DNA of 63,040 bases, counting the filler, from Octopus bimaculoides (lineage: Eukaryota): assembly GCF_001194135.2 (NCBI RefSeq). It is 6 parts of 5 records of this genome, joined end to end, with 100 filler letters (N's around TTAATTAATTAA, not from the genome) between each part and the next. Parts side by side here need not be neighbours in the genome. Positions count along the whole stretch, not along the records: positions 54,835 to 63,040 come from NC_068986.1; 5 more parts are not named here. The stretch is one strand, 5' to 3'. This document shows positions 61,492 through 63,040 of the stretch, piece by piece; positions within the stretch are counted from its first letter, which is position 1; each line of letters begins with the position of its first letter. The notes under the pieces are model-generated. The model did not search any database and was not told the origin of the DNA. It saw only the letters and a program-made list of their open reading frames with translations. The position numbers and the translations under genes were made by a program.

Positions 61492-62720
61492 GCATTTTAA
61501 TAGTAATATTTGTCTCCCAGCAAAATTTCATAAAATACTACATTAAGTATATTATAAAGCAATGAGATAAAGTGGTGAGCATAATCATAGGAGTGAAAAA
61601 AAAATCTGTTGATTTTCATTTTTAAGAACAGATCAATGATTTGTGTTCTTTGAAAATCCGATTTTCTCCTCTTTTCTGCGTAAATATTTCTTCGCTTAAA
61701 CAAGAGCTTCGCTAGTTCTACTGCTTCTACATTCACACTTGATACATAACTAGCCTTGTAGTTGTTCGTACTTTGCTCAAGGATAGCCCTGGTCAGGCAG
61801 ACTTAATTGCGCAATCTAATTGTGACCATCCTATCTTCCTTTTTTATTTTTTCCACAAGACTCGTGTTTCTGCTTTTTAAAACGGAAAGGTCTGATATTT
61901 AGGAGACTTGGCCATGTAGAGCACCCCTCTTTGATTTGTACATACATTTATTGTCGTTGTTTTAACCCAAGTTCATGCAGACCTTATAATCAAAGATGGG
62001 TCAACAATAACCATATATCCTTAGTATATTTAAGCTCCAATTGTTCCTTCTTTCATTTTTTTTTAAGACAGAGGTGGTGGTGTAATTTAGGAGAAATTTG
62101 AATGCAATGTTTAGCAGGTCGTATGACCCTGAAAATATTTCCTCGTAGTTCTTCCTACGAGGACAATATTTGGTCTTTTAAATCCCTATATTTCATAAGT
62201 TCATTCCCTTTGACTTCGTAATTAAACTTCGGGGTCATTCTCGTAATGATGTTAATTATCCACCATAAAACAATTGATATTTTCTGCTTCTGCAATACAG
62301 TTTCAATATCACATGTAAGTACGGTTCATAATTCACCACTAAAAGTATTTGATTCTCGCTCTGTAAAGAGAAGTTTGATGAAATATGTGAAGAAATTAAG
62401 AAAATCTAAAATATCGTTATCTGCAAAAAGTGTCACTGGGAGTTTCTCCGCTCCTCGCAGGATAAGGAAAGTTTTTTTTTCAAAGCTATTTGCTAAATCC
62501 CTTCCTGCACTTAACGATGATAAAACTTTGAACGGATATATTCGCTTTCTCTGTTCAAAGGGTTAACTAGGCACGTACTACAAACGGTGGTGAATTGGTA
62601 TAATTGTTAGATTGTAGAGCAAAATGGCCGGCAGTATTTAGATACGCCTCCTTAATAATCAAAATTGAAAGGCCAAATTTTACTTCCGTACTTCAAAAAC
62701 AAATAACATGGGCATAACTA

Positions 62721-63040
62721 CAGGGTTTTACCCACCAGACTTTGGGAGGTCATAACTTTCAGAAAAATGAATATTTTTTAATGAAATTTTCTATGCATAT
62801 ATTATTTATTATGTAGATCCCGAATATACAAATTTCCGGTGAAAGTGTTTTGGAATGGGGGTGGGGGACAATTTTCAGAAATTTCAACAGAGTCCATTTA
62901 AATTCTTCTTAACTTCCATGAAAATTAATATTTTTTCGTGAAATTTTCTACAAATATACCTTGATGTATGTACATTTCGAGCATGTAGGAATTTTGAAGG
63001 AAACAACTGCAGGTTATTTTTGAGAAGCGTTCCCAACTCG
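62721..63040 (+). mobile_element. Tc1/mariner-type MITE, cut by the window end
   Basis: TA|CAGGGT start; internal repeated module AATATTTTTT..TGAAATTTTCTA near 62770 and 62928. Confidence 0.5.

Overview
AT-rich, microsatellite-dense eukaryotic draft-assembly DNA. The repeat families and gap style suggest an octopod cephalopod, probably Octopus bimaculoides (inference). The families are tRNA-derived SINEs with internal CA/TA microsatellites, RTE LINE ends with (GAT)n tails, and TTAA-flanked MITEs. I cannot identify any host gene with confidence, and nearly all listed ORFs are microsatellite, N-gap or transposon by-products. What the sequence does support is a dense, nested set of mobile elements: RTE, CR1, R4/Dong and CRE-type LINE fragments, a probable Tx1/L1 3' end, three tRNA-SINE families, DD34D mariner, DD41D rosa, Tc1, hAT and piggyBac-like MITEs, and a Penelope-like repeat. 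The most notable structures are several long inverted repeats and foldbacks, a minisatellite derived from an RTE ORF end, SINE tail swapping with a candidate partner LINE, a mariner derivative built from two left ends, a decayed Asp-rich repeat, and one good candidate minus-strand exon (46401-46494). Five TTAATTAATTAA linkers inside N-gaps are artificial, so adjacency across them is unproven. I found no CRISPR array, rRNA or true tRNA gene, and I cannot claim a new biological system from this window. Many repeat boundaries are approximate.
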